Virus record (IMG/VR): IMGVR_UViG_3300033182_000674
Coordinates: 1-64,000 of that record
Strand: one strand, 5' to 3'
DNA length: 64,000 nucleotides
The translations under genes were made by a program, and so were the position numbers. Below are positions 35,229-45,668 of this stretch, piece by piece (within the stretch, counting starts at the first letter, position 1; each line of letters opens with the position of its first letter). The notes under the pieces are model-generated. The model had not been told where the DNA came from and did no database searches. It saw nothing but the letters and a program-made list of their open reading frames with translations.

Positions 35229-35924
35229 TCATTCGGTCGTGGTCGATTTTAATTTTTGTGTATCAGTGTAATATGTTTTAGTTACACCTAATTCACCTGG
35301 CATTAATTGTTTACACATTATAGCATCATTAGGCCATAACCCAAATTGATTAACCAACTCTATTAGATGCTTAGCTGCACTAGGTTTAATTATATATGCA
35401 GAGTTTCCAGCCAAACCTTGTGGTACGTTATCAGAATCTATTGATGGTACTGGTTGAAAATCATTATCTTTACTTTGAATTTTACTATCAAACAAATGAG
35501 CTTTACGAGTATTACCAATAGGATTGTTGATACCTATTATACCATATTTTGTATCAGTCGTGTTAAAATTTATTTTCTTTTTAAAAATTGCATCATGTTC
35601 TAATATAAGAATTGGCTCATCATCTTCAACACATTTCTTCCATAGATTATAATGACTCATAGCACAAGCAATTCTACTATCTGGATTCTTTGTAGGATAT
35701 GCTTTCTTTAGTAAGCCAGAAGCCATATCAAGCCCACCACCAGTCCAAGGATAATTCCATTTAACACCATTAATGGCCATATCTTTATTTACATTAATAG
35801 GTGTGATTGCATCAAATCTTTCAATTTGAAAATCATTACTAACTTTTTCAGAGCTTTCTACTAATTTAGAATAAGCAGACTCAGATAATTCGTTATCTTT
35901 TATTACTATACAATATGCTTTCAT
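35229..35924 (-). CDS. Glycosyltransferase family 25
   Basis: RFDAITP, IACAMSHYNLWKK, ILILEHDA, GNSAYIIKP.AAK.L, PND. Confidence 0.88.
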   Translation of the reverse strand: MKAYCIVIKDNELSESAYSKLVESSEKVSNDFQIERFDAITPINVNKDMAINGVKWNYPWTGGGLDMASGLLKKAYPTKNPDSRIACAMSHYNLWKKCVEDDEPILILEHDAIFKKKINFNTTDTKYGIIGINNPIGNTRKAHLFDSKIQSKDNDFQPVPSIDSDNVPQGLAGNSAYIIKPSAAKHLIELVNQFGLWPNDAIMCKQLMPGELGVTKTYYTDTQKLKSTTTE

Positions 35925-36598
35925 ATTTTCTTAGATGAAGAATTTAATTCTTTTTCCTTTATATATTTTACTGGAGATGGATGAATATAATACAAAGAGA
36001 ATAATTCATCGTCAAACAATAAATCGTTTTGTGTCCAGCCGTTTGTTTTACACCAATCAACAATAATTTTACACGCTTCTGGTGTTAGAATATACCCAGT
36101 ACCGCCTGCAAAATATTTTTTACCGTGAGGATGTACATAAAACACTTTATGTAATCCATCACCATTTATATTTAATTGTGTTGTATTCTTTAAATTATTA
36201 TAATGCTTTAAGGCAATAAGCATACTATCAGTTGTTAATTGTATACCTAATGGAGTATTCATATTAAAATTATTTGGAATATTTAAATCACCACAACAAA
36301 CTGTATCATGTTCAACAATAGCAATAGGTTCATTTAATTCTATACATTTTACCCATAATTCATAATGTGAATAGAAACAAGCTTTCTTTGTTAATGCTAA
36401 TTTTTGATTACTATATTTTTTAGTTAATTCACCAGTCTTAATATTATACTTTTTATCGTAATCATTTAATATTGAAGGATAACATCCATCATGTAATTGT
36501 GGTTCCCATCCTTTATATTTTAAAAAGGTATCATAAGATTCTTTGGCAATCTTTTCAGATTGATCATATATTGAATTATATACTATAAATGTTTTCAT
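35921..36598 (-). CDS. Glycosyltransferase family 25
   Basis: ACFYSHYELW.KC...IAIVEHD, GTGYILTPEAC..I. Confidence 0.82.
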   Translation of the reverse strand: MKTFIVYNSIYDQSEKIAKESYDTFLKYKGWEPQLHDGCYPSILNDYDKKYNIKTGELTKKYSNQKLALTKKACFYSHYELWVKCIELNEPIAIVEHDTVCCGDLNIPNNFNMNTPLGIQLTTDSMLIALKHYNNLKNTTQLNINGDGLHKVFYVHPHGKKYFAGGTGYILTPEACKIIVDWCKTNGWTQNDLLFDDELFSLYYIHPSPVKYIKEKELNSSSKKI

Positions 36599-36600
36599 AA

Positions 36601-37263
36601 TTAAAAATCGTAATTAAATGCTTCAATATCTCTTTTATACAAATTAGCAATTAAATCTTTACTCTCGGTTGAAAATAATTCTTTATAAGCTTTATTATTA
36701 TTTTTAGACGGATTAGTCCTTTTGTCAAAAGACTTGTCTTTAAAAAATGGTATTTGTTGCATATCATCTTTTAAATTTTCAATTTTACAAATTTTGTCGA
36801 ATATTGATACATCTTTTATCCATGTCATTTGATCATGTGCTAAGCTAAACCAAGTATTATTCCAAGGGAGGTTAACATTAATGTGTAACCATTCATTAAA
36901 ATCTTTTTCCATTAAATTAAGTTCATTTAATAAAATAGTATCTGGTACTCTTTTAAACTTTCTAATTCGACTAGTTGTTTTTTTATATAATGAATTTGCT
37001 AATATTTCTTTTCTAAAAAAATACCAACTGCATACTCTATCCCAAGGATTTCTAACAACAGTAAACTTATAATATGAATTAAAATCAGGAATTTGTTTTT
37101 GACACATATCAATTGTAGAATGATAATTACCATCTGTTGTTTTATTATTAGTTACTTCATAGATATCTTTATTAATTCTGCCCATTGCAACTCTAACTGA
37201 TTTACCAGCAGTTTTAGGAATATGAACAAAGAGTAATTTTTCTTTTGGTGAATATACACTCAT
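36601..37263 (-). CDS. Sulfotransferase family 2
   Basis: FVHIPKTAGKS (5'-PAPS loop), FTVVRNPWDRVCSWY, YKRDIEAFNYDF. Confidence 0.9.
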   Translation of the reverse strand: MSVYSPKEKLLFVHIPKTAGKSVRVAMGRINKDIYEVTNNKTTDGNYHSTIDMCQKQIPDFNSYYKFTVVRNPWDRVCSWYFFRKEILANSLYKKTTSRIRKFKRVPDTILLNELNLMEKDFNEWLHINVNLPWNNTWFSLAHDQMTWIKDVSIFDKICKIENLKDDMQQIPFFKDKSFDKRTNPSKNNNKAYKELFSTESKDLIANLYKRDIEAFNYDF

Positions 37264-37904
37264 TAAGTAATATCCTTAGTAAAAATAATATTATATTGAT
37301 TAGTATATTCTTCATCTCTAAAAGATGAAGTAAAACCTTGAGAATGTAAAAAGTCTATAATCTTATTATCTATAACCTGATCTTTCCAGAATTGTTTGCT
37401 TTCTACTTCTATCTTTATCAAAGATGTTTTTTCTAAAATTGATTTAGCACCAACTAATACTTCGTAGCCAACACCTTCAACGTCTATCCACATTGCAATA
37501 TTATTATATTCATTAGAAAACATATGATCGATTTTATCTACAGAAACTGTAACATGTTCATAATGAACATTACTTTCTGTTCTTTCAAGTATAGAATTAT
37601 TCTTTTTGGTTTTAGGCATGATTCTGCCATTATTAGTCAATTGAACATAAAATGTAGTTTTACCAACATAATCTGATATTGCTAAATTATTAAATTCAAT
37701 ATTAGAAGGAAGTGTATCTTTAAACATATCATAATTATAAGGATTAGCTTCGTATGCAATTACTCTACATTCAGGAACTAATTTTTTTACTTTACAACTT
37801 GTTTGTGCATTAAATGAACCAATTTCTAAAAATAAGTCAGGTTTAGTATCAGAAATTAAAGAATAAAATTTCTGATCTAACTCATTTACATCTAATGTTT
37901 TCAT
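37263..37904 (-). CDS. FkbM-family methyltransferase
   Basis: FLEIGSFNA, IAYEANP, NLAISD, MWIDVEG.GYEVL.GA. Confidence 0.88.
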   Translation of the reverse strand: MKTLDVNELDQKFYSLISDTKPDLFLEIGSFNAQTSCKVKKLVPECRVIAYEANPYNYDMFKDTLPSNIEFNNLAISDYVGKTTFYVQLTNNGRIMPKTKKNNSILERTESNVHYEHVTVSVDKIDHMFSNEYNNIAMWIDVEGVGYEVLVGAKSILEKTSLIKIEVESKQFWKDQVIDNKIIDFLHSQGFTSSFRDEEYTNQYNIIFTKDIT

Positions 37905-38686
37905 AATATAACCTTTTTTAATTGTTCTATGTTATTACCACGATCTAGTAGTTTATCTCTTAAGAAGAAATGAACAAAGTATGCTTCCTTAATCTTATCA
38001 TCAATAACACCTTTATACAAAGCATTCCATTTCCAATCCATGTTTTTTACTTTCATCTTTTCTCTCTTAACCCATGTATTTAAAAGAGTCTGATCTGTAG
38101 ACCATTTCCACGCACCGATGCCATCAACAAAATCTTTAAATTCTGGACGGCGAATAAATTGTTCTGGCGTATCACCTCTTAGGTAAGTATCTATACTTTT
38201 ATTAAAGACCATTAATCCCATATTAAAGAATTCAGCACCAAGACTATTCCACTTCCAATCAACATCTTTTAATGAATCATATTGCATTCTAGAATAATTA
38301 ATAATCTTTCTTTTATAGTCTTCAGTTAATGGCATTTCACGTTCTACAACTCCGCCAAAATCGTAACTCGAATCCAAATCATCAAAAATATTAGGTGCTG
38401 TATCACGTATATAGATGTCAGCGTCCACAATAGAAATTTGATCGTATTGCCCCAAATAACCAAAAGCATTTTCTTTTTCATAGATTGGCAAAAAGCCTCC
38501 ATGTTTTTCATAAGACTCTTTACTACGATTAGTAGCAAATACATCAGGCTTAATTGCAAGAATAGGATGTCGTTGTACAATATGATCTATATCGTATTTC
38601 TTACAATACGCTGCAACTGATTCTACACAAAAATCATATAGTTTATTTCGTTGGCCAACATAGACCTGATAGATTAATCGTTTCAC
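37901..38686 (-). CDS. GT-A glycosyltransferase (GT8-like)
   Basis: IVDADIYI (DxD), FFNMGLMV, TDQTLLN, KWNAL, FVHFF. Confidence 0.8.
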   Translation of the reverse strand: MKRLIYQVYVGQRNKLYDFCVESVAAYCKKYDIDHIVQRHPILAIKPDVFATNRSKESYEKHGGFLPIYEKENAFGYLGQYDQISIVDADIYIRDTAPNIFDDLDSSYDFGGVVEREMPLTEDYKRKIINYSRMQYDSLKDVDWKWNSLGAEFFNMGLMVFNKSIDTYLRGDTPEQFIRRPEFKDFVDGIGAWKWSTDQTLLNTWVKREKMKVKNMDWKWNALYKGVIDDKIKEAYFVHFFLRDKLLDRGNNIEQLKKVIL

Positions 38687-39522
38687 TTCAATACCTCTGG
38701 ATAAAATGCTTCATAGAACCATTTATTACTATTAATAATATGATTATGAAATCCATCACTTAATTTTCTATTTGGTTCTTTCCACGGTAATAATTGTGGT
38801 TTAGTTACATGTTCTGTTTTTTCTGCGAAGTAAGCATTATCATGTTCAAACATTTCTGATTGAGTAATATTATTTAGATCATGTTTATATGGTTTAAGCT
38901 CTAAGAATTCATATACCTTTTCTATGATATATATTGGATCTTTAAGGAAGTCTTCGTAACGAAGAAACTGAATTCTTTCTGGTTGTTCATTCCACAGGTA
39001 CATAAGCTTTCTAACTTCTTTATTTAAGCCTTCATGTAAACTTGTTTCTTTAAAATCTAAATAATAAGATAGCTTTTCATTTTCTGTCATAGAATTATAA
39101 GGCGTATCATTTTGACCAAGAGTATCATATGCAGCAAAAGAAGAATTTAATTTATCAAAGCTTTCTATTACATCTCGTAGATCACGAATAGTAACAAGTA
39201 TCTTTGACTTTGGAAAGAGGTGATGTAAATCACTCCAGTTTCTGGCTTTTGATATAACACTTGGTTTATTAGTTAAACCTGAATACCAGCCTTGAGCACC
39301 ATAAGTAATTAATCCATGATAAGCCGCATCAGCTTGTCTAACAGACATTGCTTGGACTTGTTCATTATAGCGTGAACGAGTTAATATCTTCTTATGAAGA
39401 ATAAAAGGAAGCGGATCAGTTGTAGTGGTAAATACTTCTGGATTCTGTTGAAGTATATTCATCAATACTGTAGATCCAGAACGTGGTAAACCACTACATA
39501 AATGTAAATTTTTCATATTCAT
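38683..39522 (-). CDS. Sulfotransferase (P-loop type)
   Basis: SGLPRSGSTVL..IL.QNP, KILVTIRDLRDVIES, LRYEDFL.DP. Confidence 0.9.
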   Translation of the reverse strand: MNMKNLHLCSGLPRSGSTVLMNILQQNPEVFTTTTDPLPFILHKKILTRSRYNEQVQAMSVRQADAAYHGLITYGAQGWYSGLTNKPSVISKARNWSDLHHLFPKSKILVTIRDLRDVIESFDKLNSSFAAYDTLGQNDTPYNSMTENEKLSYYLDFKETSLHEGLNKEVRKLMYLWNEQPERIQFLRYEDFLKDPIYIIEKVYEFLELKPYKHDLNNITQSEMFEHDNAYFAEKTEHVTKPQLLPWKEPNRKLSDGFHNHIINSNKWFYEAFYPEVLK

Positions 39523-39565
39523 AGTATATATTATATCACAAAATAATGTTAATGTAAATTATTCT

Positions 39566-40984
39566 TTAGTATTGTTGTCCTGCTGACCTATATCTACCAG
39601 AGGTTATATCACCTACATCTGTTGCATTAGCATCTGATGCGAATGGGAACTTATCTATAACATTAACATAGCCATCAGTTGCATTAAAGCCACCAGATGA
39701 ATAACCATCTGATGTAGATGATTGACCTGTTACACCCCATCTAGAATGAGTCAGATCACCAACATCGGTTGCATTGCCATCGGTTGCAAATGAAAACTTG
39801 TCGATGATCGTCTGAACCGAACCGGCGTCGCCACCAGAAGTATAACCATGCTCAGAAGAAGATTGACCTGCTGCACCATATCTAGTAACGGTTATATCAC
39901 CGACATCTGTTGCATTAGCATCAGTTGCGAATGGGAATTTGTCTATAACATTGCCACCATAATTTAGTCCACCTGAAGTATAACCATGCTCAGAAGAAGA
40001 TTGTCCTGCTGAATAACCTCTAGCAATGGTTAGATCGCCGACATCAGTCGCATTTCCATTTGTTGCAAACGGGAATTTGTCAATTACATTTATATTATAA
40101 GCACCAGAATTGTATCCATACTCAGTTGATGATTGGCCTGATAAATAATATCTACCAACGGTTAGATTACCGACATCTGTTGCATTAGCATCAACTGCGA
40201 ATGGGAATTTGTCTATAACATTTCCAACTGCTGGTACGGGTGAACCACCAGAAGTATATCCATTTTCTGCAGAAGATTGACCTGCTGGATAACTTCGGTT
40301 TGTAGTACTTAAATTAGCAACAAATATTGAGTTCGCATCAGATGCAAATGGGAACTTTTCAATGAGAGTTTCACCACCGGCACCACCACTATTGTATCCA
40401 TAATTAGAACCTTGAGCTTGAGTGCCACCTGCAGCAAATGATATAGTAAATTCAGACAACGCAGTAGCAAGGTTATTACCATCAGATGCTCTGAAAGTAA
40501 CATCAAAAGTACCGCCTTCTGAATCATAACCAGCACTTAATATATCTGCAAGGGACTTAGCAGTAATCGTAAACGTACCATTAGAATCGTTCGTAATAGT
40601 CGCAAGATCATTACCCGAATCTGTTACTAAGTAAGACCATTGAATTGGAAATCCATCTGGATCTGTCGCGGCCAATGTAATAGTAGTTGCAATTCCACCA
40701 ATAGAGTCTAGATCATAAGCAGCTTCTGGTAAACCACCAGAATCCCAAGTAGGAGTAGCATTAATTAAAGCAATACTATACCAACCAGATCCATTCCAGA
40801 TGTATAGTTTATTATTTGATGCTACAAATGCTTGATCACCAATTTGATTGCCGGTTGCTGGTAAATTATCAATAGTAGCATAATCTTCAGTGCCTAAAGG
40901 AACATCTGCTGAAATAGCAGTTTCACCAATTTTACCATCTTGGCCGATGATTTTTGTTAGATAAAAAGATTTAGTAATTGCCAT
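39566..40984 (-). CDS. Array B paralog 4: N-module plus six-repeat propeller
   Basis: Same N-module and IDKFPFA.DANATDVGD repeats as 12529-13965; ends GQQY. Confidence 0.88.
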   Translation of the reverse strand: MAITKSFYLTKIIGQDGKIGETAISADVPLGTEDYATIDNLPATGNQIGDQAFVASNNKLYIWNGSGWYSIALINATPTWDSGGLPEAAYDLDSIGGIATTITLAATDPDGFPIQWSYLVTDSGNDLATITNDSNGTFTITAKSLADILSAGYDSEGGTFDVTFRASDGNNLATALSEFTISFAAGGTQAQGSNYGYNSGGAGGETLIEKFPFASDANSIFVANLSTTNRSYPAGQSSAENGYTSGGSPVPAVGNVIDKFPFAVDANATDVGNLTVGRYYLSGQSSTEYGYNSGAYNINVIDKFPFATNGNATDVGDLTIARGYSAGQSSSEHGYTSGGLNYGGNVIDKFPFATDANATDVGDITVTRYGAAGQSSSEHGYTSGGDAGSVQTIIDKFSFATDGNATDVGDLTHSRWGVTGQSSTSDGYSSGGFNATDGYVNVIDKFPFASDANATDVGDITSGRYRSAGQQY

Positions 40985-40996
40985 TTCTTTTATTCC

Positions 40997-42451
40997 TTAA
41001 ATTTGATAACCACCGGTATGTTCTGGTCCGCCAGTCATTGATAAAACTGATTGTGAAGTAATTTCATTTGCATAAGCAAATTTTATTTTCTGACTGCTGC
41101 TGCCGGTGCTTACATATGCACTTGTTAATTCACATGAAGAAGCGCCATATTGATTACTTTGTGATAAATCTCCAACATTTGAAGTATTCCCTTCATTGGC
41201 AAATGGCATTTTTCTTAATGTTGCGTAGTAAGTACCAAATATTAAATCTCGGCCGCCATATGCATAACCATCAGTTGCACTAGCAGCACCCACAGGACCA
41301 TTACGAGCTCCATCTATGTTACCTATATTACCTAAAGAACCATTACTTGCAAAACTATATTTTTGTATATTACTCAATGCCGCTTGAGATGGGGGAAAAT
41401 ACTGGCCGCCAGCAACATAACCATTCTCTACACCGTTCATTGGTGCTTGATCTACTGATTTTTGTGTTAAACTACCACTGTTTATTGGTGTTTCGGATGC
41501 AAAAGGATATCGTTTAACTGCAGCTTGAACTGGTGGATTCCATGAATATGGGTTATAACCGCCCATTCTATAACCATCTGTTTCGGAAGACATTCCAGCT
41601 CCACCATATAGATTGTAAGCAAAACTACTTTCTATTGAGGTTGTTGGAAAAGTAACAGTTGAGCCACCTGCTGCAAATGGAAATTTTGCAACGTTATTAT
41701 TATTTCCATTTGGTACTCCTGGATAAGTATAACCACTAAATACATATCCAGCTTCTTTTGATGACATACCTACATGATAGCCTCGTACACTTGGCGCTCC
41801 ATTAATTGGGTGATATGCTTCAGTTGTAATAGTTTCAGAAGCATATGGAAATCTTAGTATTTGATTAGCAGTTGTATAATAACCAGTAGTTGATCCTTGA
41901 AATACATATGGAATATATAAACTAATTGTAAATTCAGACAAAGCTGAGGCAATATTAATTCCATCTGTTGCTCTAAAAGTAACATTAAACGTTCCACCTG
42001 TTGAATCATATGATTCAATTTGAGATGTTGGTAATGCTGTAATAGTAAATACACTTGAATCTTGTTGAATAGTTGCCAAATATTGAGCAGAATCAGATGC
42101 TGAATAATCCCACGTAATAGGTAATCCTTCAGGATCAGATGCTGATAATTGTATAATAGTTGAACCAACATTATACGAATCTAATTCGTATTCTGCTGCA
42201 GGTTGACCACCAGAATCCCATGTGGGACTCTGATTGATTAAAGCGATATTATACCAACCGGCTCCAGTCCAAATGTATAAACGATTTGTCGCTTGTACAA
42301 ATGCTTGATCACCTACTTGATTACCAGTTGCAGGTAAGTCATTTGCTGTAGTATAATCTTCAGTACCTAATGGAACATCGGCACTCAACTTTTCAGTATT
42401 AATTGTAGTTGAGGTATTTAATAGTTTTGATAAATTAACTGAATTAGACAT
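40997..42451 (-). CDS. Array B paralog 3: N-module plus divergent propeller
   Basis: N-module intact; repeats diverged (RFPYASE, KFPFAAG, RYPFASE, KYSFASN, KMPFANE). Confidence 0.8.
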   Translation of the reverse strand: MSNSVNLSKLLNTSTTINTEKLSADVPLGTEDYTTANDLPATGNQVGDQAFVQATNRLYIWTGAGWYNIALINQSPTWDSGGQPAAEYELDSYNVGSTIIQLSASDPEGLPITWDYSASDSAQYLATIQQDSSVFTITALPTSQIESYDSTGGTFNVTFRATDGINIASALSEFTISLYIPYVFQGSTTGYYTTANQILRFPYASETITTEAYHPINGAPSVRGYHVGMSSKEAGYVFSGYTYPGVPNGNNNNVAKFPFAAGGSTVTFPTTSIESSFAYNLYGGAGMSSETDGYRMGGYNPYSWNPPVQAAVKRYPFASETPINSGSLTQKSVDQAPMNGVENGYVAGGQYFPPSQAALSNIQKYSFASNGSLGNIGNIDGARNGPVGAASATDGYAYGGRDLIFGTYYATLRKMPFANEGNTSNVGDLSQSNQYGASSCELTSAYVSTGSSSQKIKFAYANEITSQSVLSMTGGPEHTGGYQI

Positions 42452-42461
42452 TTTTTATTTC

Positions 42462-43556
42462 CTATACCGTTATGATACTGCCTTCTGTTATGTTTGACCA
42501 TGTAGGATTACCATTTGTTTGATTTGATCTCAATGTCGCAAAGGTTACCCAATTTGCTGCATCATAAGTACCGTTTAAATTTCCAGTGTAATATTGTAAT
42601 AATGTTTCTTGTGGGCATCTATTAGGTCGTGCACCAATAAATGTTCTCAAATTTAATGAACCACCTTCCATTGCAGTGTATTCAATTGGATCATGTAAAT
42701 ACCATGCGATCCAATGTCCTGTTCCAGATGACCAAGATGTTCTTGCACCATTAAACATATTACCAGGACCAGCATCCCAACCACCATTATACGTTGTTTG
42801 TGTAAATGGATCACTGGCGTTTGAAGTATATATGCCATATTTTCCAGGAACTGGTATTTGCCCATATGTTGCGGACATAGCAGTTCCAGATGTTCCTGAC
42901 GTTGATAATCTAGTACCATCGCCTAAATAAATTCCTCCAGCATTATCAATATCCCAGAGATAATAACTTGGACCAACACTAGCATATAATCTCCACAATT
43001 GGAAAGTATTTGGCGCCCAACCTAATGTAAAGTTTGAACTTGCTGTTGCTGTATTTACTCCATCAGATGCTTTAAATGTAATATCAAATGAACCACCACT
43101 TGAATCATATCCAGCATCTAAAATATTTTGTAATGACTTTGGTGCAATTATAAACGTTCCATTTGAATCATTTGTAACTGTAACAAAATCATCACCTGAA
43201 TCCATTTCGTAAGTCCAATTTAAGACTTGCTCTTCTGGATCAGTTGCGATCAAATTAATTGTTGTTGAAGCAACAGAATCTAATACATACGCTGCTTCAG
43301 GTAATCCTGCAGAATCCCATATTGGAGATTCATTTACTAATGATATATTGTACCAACCTTGTCCATTCCAAAGATATAATCTATTTGTAGAAGCAACATA
43401 GGCTGTATCACCAGTATCATTACCACTTAATGGTAAATCATTTGGCGTTGCATAATCTTCAGTACCTAATGGTACTTCATCGGAAATAGCAGTTTGAACA
43501 ATCTTACCATTATCTCCAATTATTAAACCAAGATTAAAAGACTTTGAAACGGCCAT
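42462..43556 (-). CDS. Array B paralog 2: N-module plus unrelated C-terminal domain (possibly discoidin-like)
   Basis: N-module, then NMFNG..SW..WIAWY..PNRCP..LQY..NWV pattern. Confidence 0.72.
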   Translation of the reverse strand: MAVSKSFNLGLIIGDNGKIVQTAISDEVPLGTEDYATPNDLPLSGNDTGDTAYVASTNRLYLWNGQGWYNISLVNESPIWDSAGLPEAAYVLDSVASTTINLIATDPEEQVLNWTYEMDSGDDFVTVTNDSNGTFIIAPKSLQNILDAGYDSSGGSFDITFKASDGVNTATASSNFTLGWAPNTFQLWRLYASVGPSYYLWDIDNAGGIYLGDGTRLSTSGTSGTAMSATYGQIPVPGKYGIYTSNASDPFTQTTYNGGWDAGPGNMFNGARTSWSSGTGHWIAWYLHDPIEYTAMEGGSLNLRTFIGARPNRCPQETLLQYYTGNLNGTYDAANWVTFATLRSNQTNGNPTWSNITEGSIITV

Positions 43557-43559
43557 ATA

Positions 43560-44714
43560 TTAATCCATTGTTAATGTATCAATATAATCATTAGCATCCA
43601 TCATACGAACAGATGGTGTAGTGCCAGATCTTCTATTACAGCTAGCACCAATGTATGTTACACCACTAACTGTACCATCACCAATTTTAACCCAGTTATT
43701 ACTAGTATGACTAGATTGTCTATACCACCAACGTGATACGCCATTTGCAACTCTTACAGCAAACCACCAATCAGTACAAGTAGAACCTTGATATGCATTA
43801 TATGTAGTGTCAATACCAGTAAAACCAAAGCCATTCGAATCAGTATCATTACTTAATCGACTAACACCTTCAACAACTTGATTACTTGCGTTGTATAAGT
43901 ACATACCACCACCACCTCTATTACTGAAGCTGGTCGCATAACCAGAGAAATAATATACTGCTAAGTATTCATCACCTAATTCCATTGTCCTTGGTTGAAC
44001 ATGCATACCATCAAACATTTTGGTTGTACTTGTAAGAGTCCATGTCCCAGTGTTAGCATCGTATGAATCAGTCCATGTACCACCATCACTATACGCATCT
44101 AATAAAACACGAGTTGAATTAGCCCAAGCATCTCCTTGAGTATCTAAGTTAACTGCAACACCATTGGAAAAGGTAATTGTAAATTCTGATACAGCACCAA
44201 TGATATTAATACCATCAGTCGCTCTAAATGTTACAGCAGCAGTACCACCTGCAGAATCATATCCAGCTGCTAGAATATCTTCAAGTGTTTTCGCAGTAAT
44301 TGTAAACTCATCATTGTTTTGAGAAATTGTAAATAGATCTGCAGCAGAATCAGCTGCTTCATATGTCCATTGTATAGGTAAACCTTCTGGATCAGATGCA
44401 GCCAATTGAATTACAATAGGTGTTCCACTATTTGAATCCAGTTCATATGCAGCTTGAGGTTGGCCATTGGAGTCCCATATTGGACTTTCATTAATTAAAG
44501 CAATATTATACCAGCCAGCTCCAGTCCAGACATAAAGACGATTTGTTTCAGCGACATAAGCTTGATCACCAACTTGATTACCAGTAGATGGTAATTGCGT
44601 GGCTGTACTATAGTCTTCGGTTCCTAGTGGAATATCTTCAGACAAAGCTTGTGTTGATATCTTGTTATCTTGTCCAAGAATTAAGCCTAAATTAAAAGAC
44701 TTAGATACAGCCAT
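43560..44714 (-). CDS. Array B paralog 1: N-module plus unrelated beta-sandwich-like C-terminus
   Basis: N-module, then Trp/Tyr-rich strands (WWFAVRV..VSRWWYR..WVKIG). Confidence 0.72.
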   Translation of the reverse strand: MAVSKSFNLGLILGQDNKISTQALSEDIPLGTEDYSTATQLPSTGNQVGDQAYVAETNRLYVWTGAGWYNIALINESPIWDSNGQPQAAYELDSNSGTPIVIQLAASDPEGLPIQWTYEAADSAADLFTISQNNDEFTITAKTLEDILAAGYDSAGGTAAVTFRATDGINIIGAVSEFTITFSNGVAVNLDTQGDAWANSTRVLLDAYSDGGTWTDSYDANTGTWTLTSTTKMFDGMHVQPRTMELGDEYLAVYYFSGYATSFSNRGGGGMYLYNASNQVVEGVSRLSNDTDSNGFGFTGIDTTYNAYQGSTCTDWWFAVRVANGVSRWWYRQSSHTSNNWVKIGDGTVSGVTYIGASCNRRSGTTPSVRMMDANDYIDTLTMD

Positions 44715-44726
44715 GATTGTTTCCTA

Positions 44727-45668
44727 TTAGTTATCAGTTGTTTCTTCGGTTGGTTCTTTATAACCAATCATCTTATCATAACTAATACCTTCTGTGATAC
44801 CATTCTTGAATCCCATCGTATTCATACGAATTTCATCAACTTTCACCACATCAATCAATTCATTGACTACTGTATCTACGAATTCATGTAGACCACTAGT
44901 GTCCCAGCTACCAGTAGATAACTCTTGCTGAATATAAGCTTTAATTGTTACCAACATTTTAGTTGGATTAACGCCTATTTGCTCAAGGTATTCCTGTTCG
45001 CCTTTGGTAATAGAACCATATTGTCTTACGTCACGAATACATTGAACAACACTTCTTTTCAGATGAGCTTTTGACTCTTGTTTCTCAATGTCTTCTTCAT
45101 TAAATTCGCCCATATTTTCTTGTAATTGTTCATACAAGTCAGTAAGAGCTAGAATGTCTTTCATAGCACCTTCAATATATGTTGTGCCACTTGCCATTCC
45201 TTCTTTTAATTCGAGAAGTTTTACTTTAAGATCAACTTCTCTCCAGTATTCGATTTCAGGATTAGAAAGTTCTTCTTCTATCTTTTTAATCTTAACTTCG
45301 TTTTTAACTTGTCGCCACTTAGCTTCATTCAAAGCTGATTTCTTACTAGAAATCTCAGCAGCAATTTGTCTCATATTCTTTTCAGGACTATGGTAAGATA
45401 AATTAATATGTTTCCACATCCATTGTGTATGGCTTCTATTCCAAATGTTTTGAAGATCTTGAGTCTTCGCTAACGCTTGGTCAACCATAACACTATTCTC
45501 TACAAGACTTCTACCACCAAATGATTCAGTCTTTGCGAGTGTACCATGTCCAAATACTTTTGATACAGGTACATTATATTCAGATCCGTCGGTTACAATT
45601 AAATCTTGTCTAATCTCTTCAAATAGAGTTAATTCAGTATTTAATTCTTTAGTGTCTGTTTCAGCCAT
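44727..45668 (-). CDS. Coiled-coil-rich protein heading array B (313 aa)
   Basis: WNRSHTQWMWK..NMRQIAAEI..KK.AL.E motif; co-transcribed with the array. Confidence 0.65.
   Translation of the reverse strand: MAETDTKELNTELTLFEEIRQDLIVTDGSEYNVPVSKVFGHGTLAKTESFGGRSLVENSVMVDQALAKTQDLQNIWNRSHTQWMWKHINLSYHSPEKNMRQIAAEISSKKSALNEAKWRQVKNEVKIKKIEEELSNPEIEYWREVDLKVKLLELKEGMASGTTYIEGAMKDILALTDLYEQLQENMGEFNEEDIEKQESKAHLKRSVVQCIRDVRQYGSITKGEQEYLEQIGVNPTKMLVTIKAYIQQELSTGSWDTSGLHEFVDTVVNELIDVVKVDEIRMNTMGFKNGITEGISYDKMIGYKEPTEETTDN

Noticed and set aside
7158-44714. Diversity-generating retroelement acting on the propeller genes
   Set aside because: No reverse transcriptase or non-coding template repeat in the window, and differences between repeats are not visibly adenine-restricted. 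An RT elsewhere in the genome cannot be excluded.
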